DNA of 64,000 bases from Octopus bimaculoides (GCF_001194135.2 NC_068984.1:28169768-28233767); one strand, 5' to 3'. Counted from the first letter of the stretch, positions 1-12,890 are shown. Program-made: numbers and translations. Notes: generated from the letters alone by a model not told the origin.

Positions 1-95
1 CAATACCGCTAAGCATTTCGCCCGGCGTGCTAACGTTTCTTATTTCTTTATTACCCACAAGGGGCTAAACACAGAGGGGACAAACAAGGACAGAC
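1..95 (-). mobile_element. tRNA-derived SINE family B fragments, cut by a gap
   Basis: Contains GCTAAGCATTTCGCCCGGCGTGCTAACGTTTCT and CACAGAGGGGACAAACAAGGACAGAC, both also present in the copies at 17975-18432. Confidence 0.8.
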
Positions 96-1085
96 NNNNN
101 NNNNNNNNNNNNNNNNNNNNNNNNNNNNNNNNNNNNNNNNNNNNNNNNNNNNNNNNNNNNNNNNNNNNNNNNNNNNNNNNNNNNNNNNNNNNNNNNNNNN
201 NNNNNNNNNNNNNNNNNNNNNNNNNNNNNNNNNNNNNNNNNNNNNNNNNNNNNNNNNNNNNNNNNNNNNNNNNNNNNNNNNNNNNNNNNNNNNNNNNNNN
301 NNNNNNNNNNNNNNNNNNNNNNNNNNNNNNNNNNNNNNNNNNNNNNNNNNNNNNNNNNNNNNNNNNNNNNNNNNNNNNNNNNNNNNNNNNNNNNNNNNNN
401 NNNNNNNNNNNNNNNNNNNNNNNNNNNNNNNNNNNNNNNNNNNNNNNNNNNNNNNNNNNNNNNNNNNNNNNNNNNNNNNNNNNNNNNNNNNNNNNNNNNN
501 NNNNNNNNNNNNNNNNNNNNNNNNNNNNNNNNNNNNNNNNNNNNNNNNNNNNNNNNNNNNNNNNNNNNNNNNNNNNNNNNNNNNNNNNNNNNNNNNNNNN
601 NNNNNNNNNNNNNNNNNNNNNNNNNNNNNNNNNNNNNNNNNNNNNNNNNNNNNNNNNNNNNNNNNNNNNNNNNNNNNNNNNNNNNNNNNNNNNNNNNNNN
701 NNNNNNNNNNNNNNNNNNNNNNNNNNNNNNNNNNNNNNNNNNNNNNNNNNNNNNNNNNNNNNNNNNNNNNNNNNNNNNNNNNNNNNNNNNNNNNNNNNNN
801 NNNNNNNNNNNNNNNNNNNNNNNNNNNNNNNNNNNNNNNNNNNNNNNNNNNNNNNNNNNNNNNNNNNNNNNNNNNNNNNNNNNNNNNNNNNNNNNNNNNN
901 NNNNNNNNNNNNNNNNNNNNNNNNNNNNNNNNNNNNNNNNNNNNNNNNNNNNNNNNNNNNNNNNNNNNNNNNNNNNNNNNNNNNNNNNNNNNNNNNNNNN
1001 NNNNNNNNNNNNNNNNNNNNNNNNNNNNNNNNNNNNNNNNNNNNNNNNNNNNNNNNNNNNNNNNNNNNNNNNNNNNNNNNNNNNN
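96..1085. other. Assembly gap (N run)
   Basis: Ns. Other gaps: 6677-6986, 16056-16623, 29236-30000, 30769-30778, 34764-35236, 37385-37737, 38872-38902, 40122-40457, 43051-43267, 44876-44885, 57477-58090, 59326-59407, 62177-62212. Confidence 1.
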
Positions 1086-1128
<43 letters not shown>

Positions 1129-1199
1129 GACATACATCATAATCGGAATAAATGACTTGATACATTAGACAGGAATGAATGAATTATTCATTTGGTAAA

Positions 1200-3519
1200 C
1201 GTGAAACACCAACTTCAAAATTTTGTGGAGGACGCCTTACAGAGCTACGTAAAATTATTATTTGCTGATTTCTATAAAGGGGAGGATGAATAAGATGGTA
1301 GAGGTGTATGGGGTAGATAGAATGAAAGTATAGGAATTATAAGAAAATATCTAATCGATGCTTACTTCCCCATTAATTGCAGTAACATATATTTTATAGT
1401 AACTTATGGTTTAATGTATTTCTCAATTCAGATTTTATATCAATTTAATCACATGTTTTTATATTATTTACTGATATATTCTGAGTGTTTTATATTGTTT
1501 TCCTGCAATAAAATTTAAACTTCACACATTTAAATATGTCAGCTGTTAAACAATTGTTAGATGTATTGATATTTGATTGTGTATAGGTTTTATACACTTA
1601 TAATGAGATAAATCTAAGATATTAAGATTTCAAAATTATGAGACACTATTCTATGGAAATTATCCCATTATTTATTGTTTTTTAAACGTTTTCATTTTCC
1701 AAACTGTTAATATGTAATTTTACCCTTATCTTGTTATCGTCTATTGTTTCAAACAATTAAACTATAAACGATATTTAACAAAAGTAATTCCTGATATTAT
1801 AATAACTTCTAAACAAATTTTTCTCAAGTTAATGTACATGATTTGGTCCTCTTTTGTATCGAAGGACTACTTCTATATTGAATTTTTCAAAACGTATTGC
1901 TCTTTACATTGAAAATGTTTTATGTACAAAAACAAATTTTCTATTAACTGGAACAGTTTGTATTACTTTATTCACTCATGTCTTATTTTGTTCCACACCT
2001 TTCCAATTTTATATGCAAAAATATTAATTTTAGTCATATAATTAAAAATCATTTCCTTAAGCTTAATTCATTTCAATTTTTCATATGTGGTTTTACACTT
2101 TCTTAGATTCCAGCTTCAATTAAACATTAACCAAAATTATCACATGATTTCAGCCATGTAATGTGTACGGGTTCGTGTGAGAAACACAGTTACACGCTAG
2201 CACAAATTGTATTCAATATGGTCAGAAAGAGTGGAATAACTCTTCTTTCCAGCATTATTTTAATCACTCGCTACTCCGAGCTTAGGACTGTCACATTTAG
2301 TGGGTGATGTACTGATGCAAAACTTGTGGTAGCATTCCTTTTATTCATTTTCATTGTGGACTTGACAGATTAATTAAAACTAATGGTTAGTTTTTTAATC
2401 TTGAAAGTTTGTTTTTTTTTCTGAAATAAACATGAAGGAATCTTTTCCAATTTTCTTTTAATATGTAATGAATCCTTGATCAAATGTAATCTCAGATACT
2501 AATCCCAATCTCATCTTGGTGTTGCAAAAGTGGGTTCGACTATCGTGGCCATTGCCATCTACTCTTTTTGCTGGAATGTAATATTGATTGTCAAAGAAGT
2601 AACTGTTTTCTAGCACCGAACGTAACCCTTCTTGCATGAATTCTTTCGAAGATGGCCTCTGAATTATGTGCGGACATTTACATAACCACAATTCTACCGC
2701 CTCAAATTTCAATTTCTTCTGGTGCAGAGGCTAGTCAAGTCGAAAATAACTGAGATCGTTTTTGTGCTAACTTTTTCTGAAATGTGATTTAAAATGTATA
2801 TCATATCTTATGAAACAAGGAACCAATCTGCATAATGGTTTTTAATATGATTCCCAGTAAATTGCTTAACCACTGGGTACCTTAGGTTGATTTTGCAACA
2901 ATTGGGCGTAAGTTCAAATTACATGGCTTAGGACGCTTTACATACGATGTATAGAGATATTTAGGTTTTAACGAATTTCTTTACAGTTATGCATTTTCGA
3001 TTGTCCATAAAAGTTGTTTGATTTTGCATCAAACTTTGTTGCATAATTCAGCTTCTTTTCATTACATTACTTCTGAAATTGTTAATTTTCCTGCTTTTTC
3101 TATTACTTATTAATTTGTGTTTGTTCCTAATACACTTTGGATTGTTGATCATTTCATTGCTCTAAGATCGTGAGCCTATCATGGAGTCTTGTCCATTGTT
3201 TCAATGGCTCCTTCTGTGTCAGCTTCTTAAACTGCGATAGAGAAATCTGATGGCATTGCACTGCTTTTTGCACTTCCTTTGTAATATTTGACTTTATACA
3301 ATTTGCTAAAATATTTGAGCTTTCTCACTTTTTCTGAACGCTAAAAATTCCTCAACATGTTTATTCTAGTTCATGGGGGGTTTAAAACCTTTTTTGATTT
3401 TTTTACCTGTTATGAATTTTTTGTAATCCTTTTGGGAAAATTGCTACAGTCGAAGTTTCCAACAGAATTCTTCAGTATCTTTAATAAGATCTATTATGTC
3501 AGGTATAGAATTTGGTATA

Positions 3520-3602
<83 letters not shown>

Positions 3603-4420
3603 TTCTTAAGCATCTTTCAGTCTGCTTCTTTCATTTATTTATTACACATCTCTATTTTTTTTTTCTTTTTGTCTTTTTGTACGCTTCATATTCCAAATTT
3701 ATTTCATCCCAATCTTTAGATATATCCCATATATTCGAGAGTTATGCTGCGATTGATATCACAGCAGCCGTATTCGGGGTTTCTGAAAAATTGTAATGTG
3801 TTTCAATGCTAGTACAAACTCTATTTTATCCCCGTAAATACAGGTTTGTTCTTCCATTTCTATACTGTTATCTGTATAGCAGTGAGCGCTTAGCTTCTTC
3901 TGCCTCTTTCTGTCGGCATGTGCGTTCTTCTTGTTGCAAAACGGTGCTGCTGGTTATGGTCTACGGAGATGTTTTTCGGCATCTGGTTGGCTTGTATTTC
4001 GTTGGTGGCTCTTGGATAGAGGACAACCTCTTCTGACTTTCCTAGAGTTACAATTGCTGGTGCTCTGAAGAACAGCAACTTCTGTGTCTGGTTTTGCTGT
4101 TGCTGTCTATGTTGCTCCTTTCCATTTCTGCTACTTTAACTCTTCATCGTAGAAACCCTTAAATGACTCCGACATCAAAGAATGCAGAATTATTTCCATT
4201 TGTCAAAATGTGTGTGCATGTTCATGTTGTTTCCAGAAGTAACGTTAGAACTGTTCACACTAGAGGTGTTTTCTAGCAAAGTGTCTTTTCCTTTGAAAGC
4301 GCATTTGATGCAAAAGATTCTCGTTTATTTTTGTCATGTATTTAAACCCTGTAGATTTATGTGCACCTCTGCTACTTTTGTTTATGAGGGAAGATCTCTC
4401 CACATATTACGAATACGTAT
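1200..4420 (-). mobile_element. Decayed Penelope-like retroelement (RT pseudogene), about 3 kb
   Basis: Manual minus-strand translation gives PLE-type motifs in the expected order: KSNITKEVQKA...EADTEGAIETMDK (about 3300-3190; cf. NITxEE..ADKGGAIVIMDK); VIFDLTSLCT (about 2750-2720; cf. FDVxSLYT); EAVELWL...KEFMQEGLRSVLENSYFFDNQY; QQK..MAMAT..PTFAT (cf. GTAMGT..PTYA); NWKRFL (about 2455; cf. WKRFLDD). Many stops and frameshifts. A (GT)n(GA)n tract interrupts at about 3520-3598. Boundaries are approximate. Confidence 0.8.
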
Positions 4421-5139
4421 AGACAAATATGCATAAATAATTTTTGGTCTAAAATCAGACATAGCTAAACACATTGCATCTTTGTATTGAAGCAGTTTTC
4501 TGTAGATATCTTATTTTTCTAGCAATCTTTCTCTCAATTCATGTATGATCCATTATAAATTAACGTTAACATTACGCATTCAGCAGAGCATGCTAGGTGT
4601 ATTGCTTTCAGATTTTCGCACATCCTCTCCATTTAATCCTCATTTTCTCTACCATGCAATATCACTTTCCTTACAGAAACATCACATCATCTGTTCATTA
4701 CACGTAGAGATTCCTTTAGTAGCTAGCAGAATATTTCCGCACTCGTTCTTTAGCTGTAGTTTGATTTTATTGTGGTATCAAATACGGTTTTGCAATGTTC
4801 CTTAAACTGCGTTTTGTGTCTTTTATTTCATATCCCTTCTCATGTTCATTAGCTATACTGATGATTTTTTTCCCCTCCTTCACGAACTTGAGCGAAAACG
4901 TTGTTTTTTTTTCTCCGCCACAAATGTTGCTTCAGTATTATAATCCTTAATACTGAGTACAGTCCATATTTCCTCTAATGTTATGTTGACGCATATGCGT
5001 ATATTTATAGTGCATGCAAATATTTAATGGTGTGTTCATTCAAGATCTTCAAATGAAGAAGTTTTGGAAAGACTTGCAAATCTCTGTTATAAGTTTCATT
5101 TGAATTTGCAGAACAGGAGTCAATTTATTCTGTTCTTTC

Positions 5140-5735
5140 TTGAACAACACCTGTATTTTCAGGCTCAAAGCTAATACCACCTGGCTTGAATATAATGACA
5201 CCAGAGTGGATTCGTATAAAGCTAGAAGAGTAGCAGAAAAGGCAGAACATACCTTCGTCCATGACAGGATCCATTACAACCATTGGAAAAAACATCAACT
5301 AAATAACGAAATCAAAGAGAGGTTATCTTCTTTGCTTAGGAAAATAACCAGAGATGATGATAGAAAGAGAATCCAACAAGATCTAGAAAAGTCGTACATG
5401 AAAGAATTTGAAATGGTGAAGACATGCCGGTCGGAGAATGAAGACTGAAGTCCGTCACCCACCTGTGAAAGCAGTAATTAATGTAAGTAGCCGAGATCTA
5501 GAAAGCTCTGAAGAAGCAGTACTAAATAAAGGTCTCAACTTTACGACAACCATCAAGCACATTCCATACTTGGACATAATAGCCCCTATTGAAGAAATAG
5601 CCGTAAGGATGCCAAAAACTCAGGGAGATGAAATAAGGTGGAAAGTGAGACAGGTACTAGAAAAAGCAAAACTTCCCAAACCAAACATCAGTGAGGCAGA
5701 AAAGTTTGCTATCAAAAGACTACATAATGACAAAC
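5140..5735 (+). mobile_element. Penelope-like element N-terminal ORF fragment, ending at a SINE
   Basis: Overlapping ORFs 5140-5448 and 5438-5743. VINVSSRDLESSEEAVLNKGLNF..IP..DIIAPIEE...LEKAKLPKPNISEAEKFAIKRL matches the PLE pre-RT region (VINLS..L...E..VLxKGLNF...KPNI..EE..ALK.L), and KLIPPGL occurs in an alternate frame at about 5170. Confidence 0.8.
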
Positions 5736-5739
5736 CGAC

Positions 5740-5872
5740 ATAAGGCTTTGGTTAGCCCGAGGTTATAGTAGAAAACATTCGCCCAAGGTGCCACACAGTG
5801 GGACTGAACCAGAACCATGTGGCTGGTAAGCAAGCTGCTTACTACACATCCACTCCTGAGCCTATAGACAAA
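5740..5872 (-). mobile_element. SINE family A, 5' (tRNA-like head) portion
   Basis: Reverse complement of ...GTGTAGTAAGCAGCTTGCTTACCAGCCACATGGTTCTGGTTCAGTCCCACTGTGTGGCACCTTGGGCG, the same head as 15619 and 40047. Confidence 0.8.
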
Positions 5873-6001
5873 TATGGCCAGTATATGTAAATATTCAATT
5901 GTAATTTTGTTTAGCCTTTGGTGAAATTTTACTGAGCAATCCAATGACAAGAACTACTCAAGACATATTGTAATCCAATGTACATTATCCATTTCGTCTG
6001 A

Positions 6002-6676
6002 CATCATCATCATCATCGTTTAACATCAGTTTTCCATGCTAGCATTGGTTGGACGGTACAACCGGGGTCTGGGAAGCCAGGAGGCTGCACCAGGCTCCAG
6101 TTTGATCTGGCAGTGTTTCTACAGCTGGATGCCCTTCCTAACGCCAACCATTCCTTGAGTGTAGCGGGTGCTTTTTACATGCCACCCTCACAGGGGCCAG
6201 AGAAGATTGGCAACAGATACGATCGGTTGGTGCTTTTTACATGCCACCGGCACGGAAGCCAGTCTAGGTGGTGCTGGCATCAGACACGTTCAGATGGTGC
6301 TTTTTATGTGCCTCTGGTACGGGTATCACAACTACAATTTCCATTTGATTTTTATTTTTGACATTGATGTACTTGACTCAATAGGTCTCCTGAAGCACAG
6401 CAGGTTGCCCTACAATCCAAGGTACTTTTGAATGGGCTGGAGCTGGTTATGTGAACTGGTGTAGGATACAGCCATGAACTCACTTTATTTGCTGGGTCTT
6501 CACAGTCACAGCATATCTCCAGAGGTCTTGGTCTTTCGTCATTGCCTCTGTGAGGCCCAACGTTTGAAGGTCATGCTTCACTACCTCATCCCATGTCTTC
6601 CTGGGTCTACCTCTACCCCGGATTCCTTCAACTGTTTGGGAGTGGCACTTCTTCACACATCTCTCCCTATCTGAAA
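6002..6676 (-). mobile_element. RTE-clade LINE 3' end (ORF C-terminus, 3' UTR, (GAT)n tail)
   Basis: Peptide CVKKCHSQTVEGIRGRGRPRKTWDEVVKHDL, then a UTR containing GGAAGGGCATCCAGCTGTAGAAAC and a GTTAAACGATGATGATG tail. The 5' side runs into a gap. Confidence 0.85.
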
Positions 6677-8599
6677 NNNNNNNNNNNNNNNNNNNNNNNN
6701 NNNNNNNNNNNNNNNNNNNNNNNNNNNNNNNNNNNNNNNNNNNNNNNNNNNNNNNNNNNNNNNNNNNNNNNNNNNNNNNNNNNNNNNNNNNNNNNNNNNN
6801 NNNNNNNNNNNNNNNNNNNNNNNNNNNNNNNNNNNNNNNNNNNNNNNNNNNNNNNNNNNNNNNNNNNNNNNNNNNNNNNNNNNNNNNNNNNNNNNNNNNN
6901 NNNNNNNNNNNNNNNNNNNNNNNNNNNNNNNNNNNNNNNNNNNNNNNNNNNNNNNNNNNNNNNNNNNNNNNNNNNNNNNNNNNNNNGTGTGTGTGTGTGT
7001 GTGTGTGTGTGAGTAAATGGATCACTCAGTTTCAACAATGAAAGATCAGCTGAATTTTCAAAGTATTTCCCAGATACGTCTAGCTCAACATAGTTCTGTG
7101 ACAATACCAGAATCAATGTTACATAGCATGACACAATGTGATACAGTGTGATACAGTATGACATCGTTTGTAACAATACTGGCCCTTTAAATTACATATA
7201 CATTTCAAGCAGCTGGCACCTCTACTTCAGTTTCTCTCAACTACATTTCACTCAAAAATCATGGTTAAATTTGAGGCTATGATTAAAAATCACTTCCATA
7301 TGATGCCATACGTTGAGGTTGAACTGGAGAGCTCATGATTACAAAATAAGCTTCTTAACTATACAGTCATAATGCATATAATGCAAAAGTAAGATATGAA
7401 CAAATGTTCCATACACACAAATAATACAAAAAAGACATGGAAAAAAAGTTGAATCTTATATAAATAGAATCTGATTGTTCTTTCTAACATTTCATTTTAC
7501 TTCACTTCCCTTCCCCGCATTGCTATCTTCCTGATCAACAATATCTTTATTTTCTGTAAAAGCTAAATTATATATAATTGTTAAGCATATATATACATGC
7601 ACTCATGTATTCTTTTACCTCAAAATAGAAATAACATGCCCCCAAGGAGAATAAAAGAAGTGTAACATGTATTCATTCTTTCTCTTGCTTATTTAATTGA
7701 AGTAATGTAATTTTTTTTTTCTTTTATTTCAATTTTCTATCAAGTCATCTATAAGAAGCAAAATATTTTAACCTTTGTTTTTCTTGTTTGAAAAATCTGT
7801 TGCATTTATTATTTAGTATTATCATCATGCTTAAGTTGAAAGAGAGAAAAAATGAGAACAGAATATCAAAAATAATTTAAAATGGTGCTCAAACTGAAAA
7901 TAAGCTTAATAGAGTACATTCTGGTGTACATCACTCAGAGTAATTACATCTAATCTGAATTAGTTTATTGAGCTACTACTTATTACTTTAACATTTCATA
8001 TTCCAGCATAGACCCTATGCTGCCACCCAAGGTCAAGATACTGGTCTATTTCACTTTGTAGTAATTAGGTGCTTTGAATATGAACAGATTACTGTGGGAA
8101 GATGTATAATTTGAGAGAAATTTGTAAGCATACAATGCTTAGTTCAAGCCCACATGGGATCCAGAAGAAAGCAAATAAGAATCACTTCATTAAATACCTT
8201 CTGACAAGTATCCTTAATTGTCTCAGTTTTTTTTTATCGGTTGCCATGGAATCTTATTAATCTGAATGTGCGTATTGGTATTCAAAAGTTCATTTGCTTT
8301 GTGAAGGATTAATGATATTACAGGCTTTAAACATAATAGAATCTGAATTTTTAATTCAAAGAATAGGAATTTGTTTAATAGCATCAAATAAATTTGAAGA
8401 ATAGGCCATGACTTGATTATGGATTTTCAAGTTCCTTTCTCCTATCTGATACAGTATCTAAGTTTCACTGATGTTAGACTTAGATATATTTGTATCAGGT
8501 TGATATAAAAGGTTTTCAAGAATATGAACAAGTGTCTGTATTTTTCATATCTCATGGCAAAATTTTCACTTGTTATAAATATTTGGATCATTAGGAATT

Positions 8600-9930
8600 T
8601 ACACTTCTGTGTAATCAGAATAGGAAAGTAAATAATTTGACTGTTTCAATTTCAACTGCATACATTGATGGCATTGCTGTATGGATTAAGAATGAACACA
8701 ATGAGAGGTAAATCATATTCCAATTAACCTCTTTGTCACAAGTACACTGGTACATGAAGTAGCACTTACACCAGCAAATGTAGTATCACTTCAATATAGC
8801 AAGAGGTCATGAGTTTGGCTTATGAGAGCAGTACAACTGTGCTGATAACACACAGATGAAGGAAAGCAAGGGGATATAAGGAATTTCTCTATTAGATGAG
8901 AAAGAATTTCCTTGAGGCATGATTCCTACTAAAATCTAGTCAGGTTTCAGGGTTTTGGGCATTTGTTCCCTAGACAGAAACAACATCACCAATGGTGATT
9001 TTCTCCATTTTTTTTGTGTGATGAGATTTTTCTGCAACAGAAGACCAAATAAACCAATCCCACAGTATTTGCCTCTCTGACCCACAAGTGCTGCAATATC
9101 AACTCGACTAGAACCACCTGGCTTAGGTCACTTGACATCAGAGGATATATGTCCTTTCAACAAAGCTAACCCAATCGAAAGAAAGTAGAGGAAAAAATCT
9201 GAGAGAAAAGGAGTTCTCACTGACATTCCTGAACCATTTGAAATTGCACAAAAGGCCAAGAATAAAAAGGAGACATTATCCAGGGAGTAAATGAAACTAA
9301 GCAAATTATGCTTGAAGAGTTCATTGAGATTATTGATAATGAGGTCTGTAGTGAAGAGGTTTGTATTTCCCTGGACATCATATCTGGTAGTTAGGAAACA
9401 TCTGATGGTGAACAACCCACAAACAAACAGGAATGTGGTGACCCTTAAAATGCAAGTGTTTGGGGCTATGTTCTTGGCATTTTGCAGGGAAGAAAAAAGC
9501 AGAACATTATATTGGACACATTAATAAAATGAACAGAGATAACATGACTATCAAAATCTTGGAATGAGTCCCAGAGAAAAATTTTTGCACACTCCAAATT
9601 CACAAAGCTGATTATCACTCACATGAACATGAGGACATTGTATACATTTTACCTGCTCTGTACAACAGAACAAAACATCAGCAGCAGCAATTTGTGTTTC
9701 TTGTTAAACTTCTCAGCCTACAAGCCAGAATAAATATAAGGACATGTTGTGGAACAATAAACCTTATTTATAGTTGACAAACCAAAGTAATGATCATGCC
9801 TAGTTGAAGTTGGCTAATAAAATACATCACTGAAACTAAAAACTGAAATGATGCCAACATGTTTCTTGAATTATTCTCTAATTATTGCTGTGTTCCAATT
9901 AGCCTCATGGCATGAGTTCTCTCACTCCAT
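8600..9930 (+). mobile_element. Decayed pogo/Tigger-like (DDE_1) DNA transposon relic
   Basis: Remnants ALTPANVVS (about 8760), GICSLDRN (about 8960), LTSEDICPFNKANP..RKKSERKGVLTDIPE (9133-9230) and GKKKAEHYIGHI (about 9490) resemble the C-terminal half of DDE_1 transposases. Multiple stops; boundaries approximate. Confidence 0.5.
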
Positions 9931-10966
9931 TGTGAAGCTACTGTAATGGTTACACTTGGGTCACAAAAATGACTTTTTTCAGAAATTTCTCAAAGCATCT
10001 TCCGAATGTGCTGACTGATTTTGTTGCACTCATTTATATTTATGAAAAATGATAATGCATTAGTTTTATCAATATAACTATGGACTGAAAACAGCCATTT
10101 TGGTGGGTGGGTAGGCGGTGGGAATATGTTCACACTAATTCCAGTTTCCTCTTACTATTCTATAACAAATGAAACATATATCATAGGTTTTAAGCTTTCC
10201 ATTGTACTGCATGTATATCATAAATCATAGAAATATAAATATTTTGTTTCGTAAATTCAGAAACACATTTCATAGATTTGTTTACTGATTGTTACTTTAG
10301 ATGCATGGATATGTATACTGTTGCAGTTATTGTCATATCTTGAGGCCAATTGTTAGGATTGAATTAACACTTTGTAGCCAGGATAACTTCAAGTAGTTTT
10401 CTGTTAAGAAAGAATATGCCAACTTCTCTCTTCTCTGAAGAAAGAGTTTATCCAATTTTATGTGAAACTTCCTTCCAAAATGACACACTGATTTCAATAA
10501 TTTCACCGTTATACCAATAAATACAATTCTTGATAATTTAGACCACAGCCAGTTTCATTAGATTTTTGCCTTTTTTTGGATTTGATATCAAGTCTAACTT
10601 GTTCTCTTTCAGCTGAGACTAAAAAAGTTAAAATGGAAAATTCTAATGAGCTATCAACCTAATTGTTTCTTAAACATTCTCTTATATATTTTTGTCTGAT
10701 AAAAATAAACACGGGTGGAGAAGGTGTCAAAGTATAGTCTGAAGATATGCAACAGATTTGAAGATTTGAAGAGTGTAATGTAAAGACTATGCCAAAAGTA
10801 CTAAAGAATCAAATGATTGCACACCAAGCATAATGTTGAAGCTATTCAGTTGACATCAATAGTGTTTATCTACTTTATTCTTTCGTTGGTTTTAGACATT
10901 AAGTGGCAGTTATTGTAGAGCACTACTTTTATCAGTTTTAGGTGAATCATATTGACCCTAGTACTT

Positions 10967-11267
10967 GTTGTTGTTTGTTCCTTCTCGAGCCATGCCTGGC
11001 TCATAAGGGCCAGTTTTCCCAGTTTCATTGGTTTCCCACCTGGATAGGATGCCAGTCTGTCACAGGTGAGCTGCTAGATGCAGGGGGAAAGAGTAAGAGA
11101 AAGTTGTGGTGAAGGAGTCAGCAGAAGTCCGCCATTACCTTCTGCTGGAGTCGCATGGAGCTGAGGTGTTTCGCTCATAAATATACACATCATCCAGCCT
11201 GAGATTTGAACCCAAGATCCCTCAACCATGAGTCCACTGCTCTAATCATTAGGCCATGTGCCTCCAC
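10967..11267 (-). mobile_element. Complete tRNA-derived SINE (family D) with target-site duplication, nested in an older SINE relic
   Basis: Minus-strand head GTGGAGGCACATGGCCTAATGATTAGAGCAG (A box) ...GGGTTCAAATCTC (B box), with an (AAC)n-like tail. TAGTACTT flanks both sides (10959-10966 and 11268-11275). Confidence 0.85.
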
Positions 11268-11334
11268 TAGTACTTATTTACTTGGTATTTATTACAGTGA
11301 TCTATATGTATTGAATGTTTAAATTACCTCATCA

Positions 11335-11540
11335 TTGGTTTCAAATTGTGGAATAAGGCCAACAGATTTGAGGGAAGGGCAAAATCGATTACATCAACTC
11401 CAATGTTCAACTGGAACGTATTTGATCGACCCTGAAAGGATGAAAAAGTAAAGCTAACCTTAGGGGAATTTGAACTCAGAGCCTAAAGTCAGATGAAACG
11501 CCACTAAGCTTCTTGCCTGACATGCCAGATTGCTGCCATA
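11335..11540 (-). mobile_element. SINE family B, degenerate
   Basis: Contains CAAATTGTGGAATAAGGCC...GATCGACCCTGAAAGGATGAAAA...ATTTGAACTCAGA, shared with other family B copies. Confidence 0.7.
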
Positions 11541-11649
11541 TTTCAGGTAAATATTAATATATTTTAATACAGATGTTAGTTGCACTTAGTACTAACAACA
11601 AATTAGGTGAATTTCTTATTGCTTCTATCAATTTTAAAGAAACATTTTT

Positions 11650-11835
11650 TTATACAGCTACTGTGTTTTATAGCTACTGTTTTATATAGGTATTATTTTA
11701 TATAGCAACTATGTTATACACCTACTGTGTTCTATAGTTACGGTTTTGCACGGCTACTTTTACATAGTGATTGTTTTATACAGCTTATGTCTGTTGTAGC
11801 TACTGTTTTATAAAGCTACCCTTTTACATAGCTAT
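11650..11835. repeat. Degenerate minisatellite of about 16-20 nt (TATAGCTACTGTTTTA-like)
   Basis: Around 9-10 imperfect units: TACAGCTACTGTGTTTTA, TAGCTACTGTTTTATA, TAGCAACTATGTTATA, TAGCTACTGTTTTATA and similar. Confidence 0.75.
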
Positions 11836-12620
11836 TCAACTTGAGCAGACTCCATATTTTACATTATTTGATTAAAGGCATTAAGATTAATGCGATCATT
11901 TAAGACCACAATAAGACTCTTATTGCAAGTTTTAATCGTATTAATTTTGTCATATAGCAAGTAGTCCAGCTATTTTAATCTTCTACTGTTCAGTAAAATT
12001 CTACACTGTTTTTCAGAATTACACTATTAGTTATAAACAGATAGGAACCACCAGACATCGTGTAAATTATGAATGAAAGCTTAACCACCATTTGTAAGTG
12101 AGTAAATTCTAATAGCTTACTTCCAAGCTATCGTAATTGTTTTAGTTATCTATGTAATCATAAACAGATATAGACACCCTCTCAGCCCACGTATCATTTA
12201 TCCAGTGTAACACAGAGAATGTGAGATCTGAAGAGAGAAAGTGTGGTGCTTAGTTATAGCTTCGTAGATTAGAGAAACAGGAAATGAAGTGTGTTGCATG
12301 GCACTCAGCTCAGCAAACACACTGACCAACTGTCCATGTACCCTTATATGTGGATTACAAACAACTATAAATGGAAAAAAAATATATGCTCGTATGTATG
12401 TCTTCTGTCTTTTACTTGTTCCAGACTGTGGCCATGCTGCAGCAGCATCTTTAAAGATTTAGTTGAACAAATTGGCCCCAGTACTTATTTTTATCTCTGG
12501 TAGTTATTCTTGAGTTCTCTTTAAGCTGAAATACCAAGTTACCAGGATTTAAACAAATCAACACCTGATATAAAGTGGTGGTTGAGAAAACAAAGAGAAT
12601 CACAAAGACACTCATGTATA

Positions 12621-12672
<52 letters not shown>

Positions 12673-12731
12673 GATCATTGGCGATGTTTTTCCTCCATCT
12701 TCCTTTTCTCTTGGACTTCCCTCTGTCTCCT

Positions 12732-12766
12732 GTTTCTGACGAAGAGCCTTGCTCGAAACGTTAAAT
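12732..12766 (+). ncRNA. Minimal type I hammerhead-ribozyme-like motif in a pLTR-like repeat
   Basis: GTTT-CTGACGA-A-GAGC-CTT-GCTC-GAAA-CG-TT-AAAT. Core CUGACGA and GAAA, 4-bp stem II, palindromic ACGT at stem III, and GTTT/AAAT stem I. Confidence 0.55.
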
Positions 12767-12890
12767 TACCTTTCTTTCCTTCCCTGAGCGTCTGCTAATA
12801 CTTTGCATGTACCATGTACTCGCGTTGTTGTTATTTTTTCTTGTGCTTTTTCTTCCGTTTTTTTTTCTTAATTATATATATATATATAAA

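Noticed and set aside
40-1165. Long ORFs of 150-370 aa in the track (also at 16 kb, 29-30 kb, 34.7 kb, 37 kb, 40 kb, 43 kb and 57.4 kb)
   Set aside because: Artefacts of translating through N gaps and (TA)n tracts.
4858-4905. CTGATGA...GAAAACGTT motif
   Set aside because: No stem II pairing between the two core halves.
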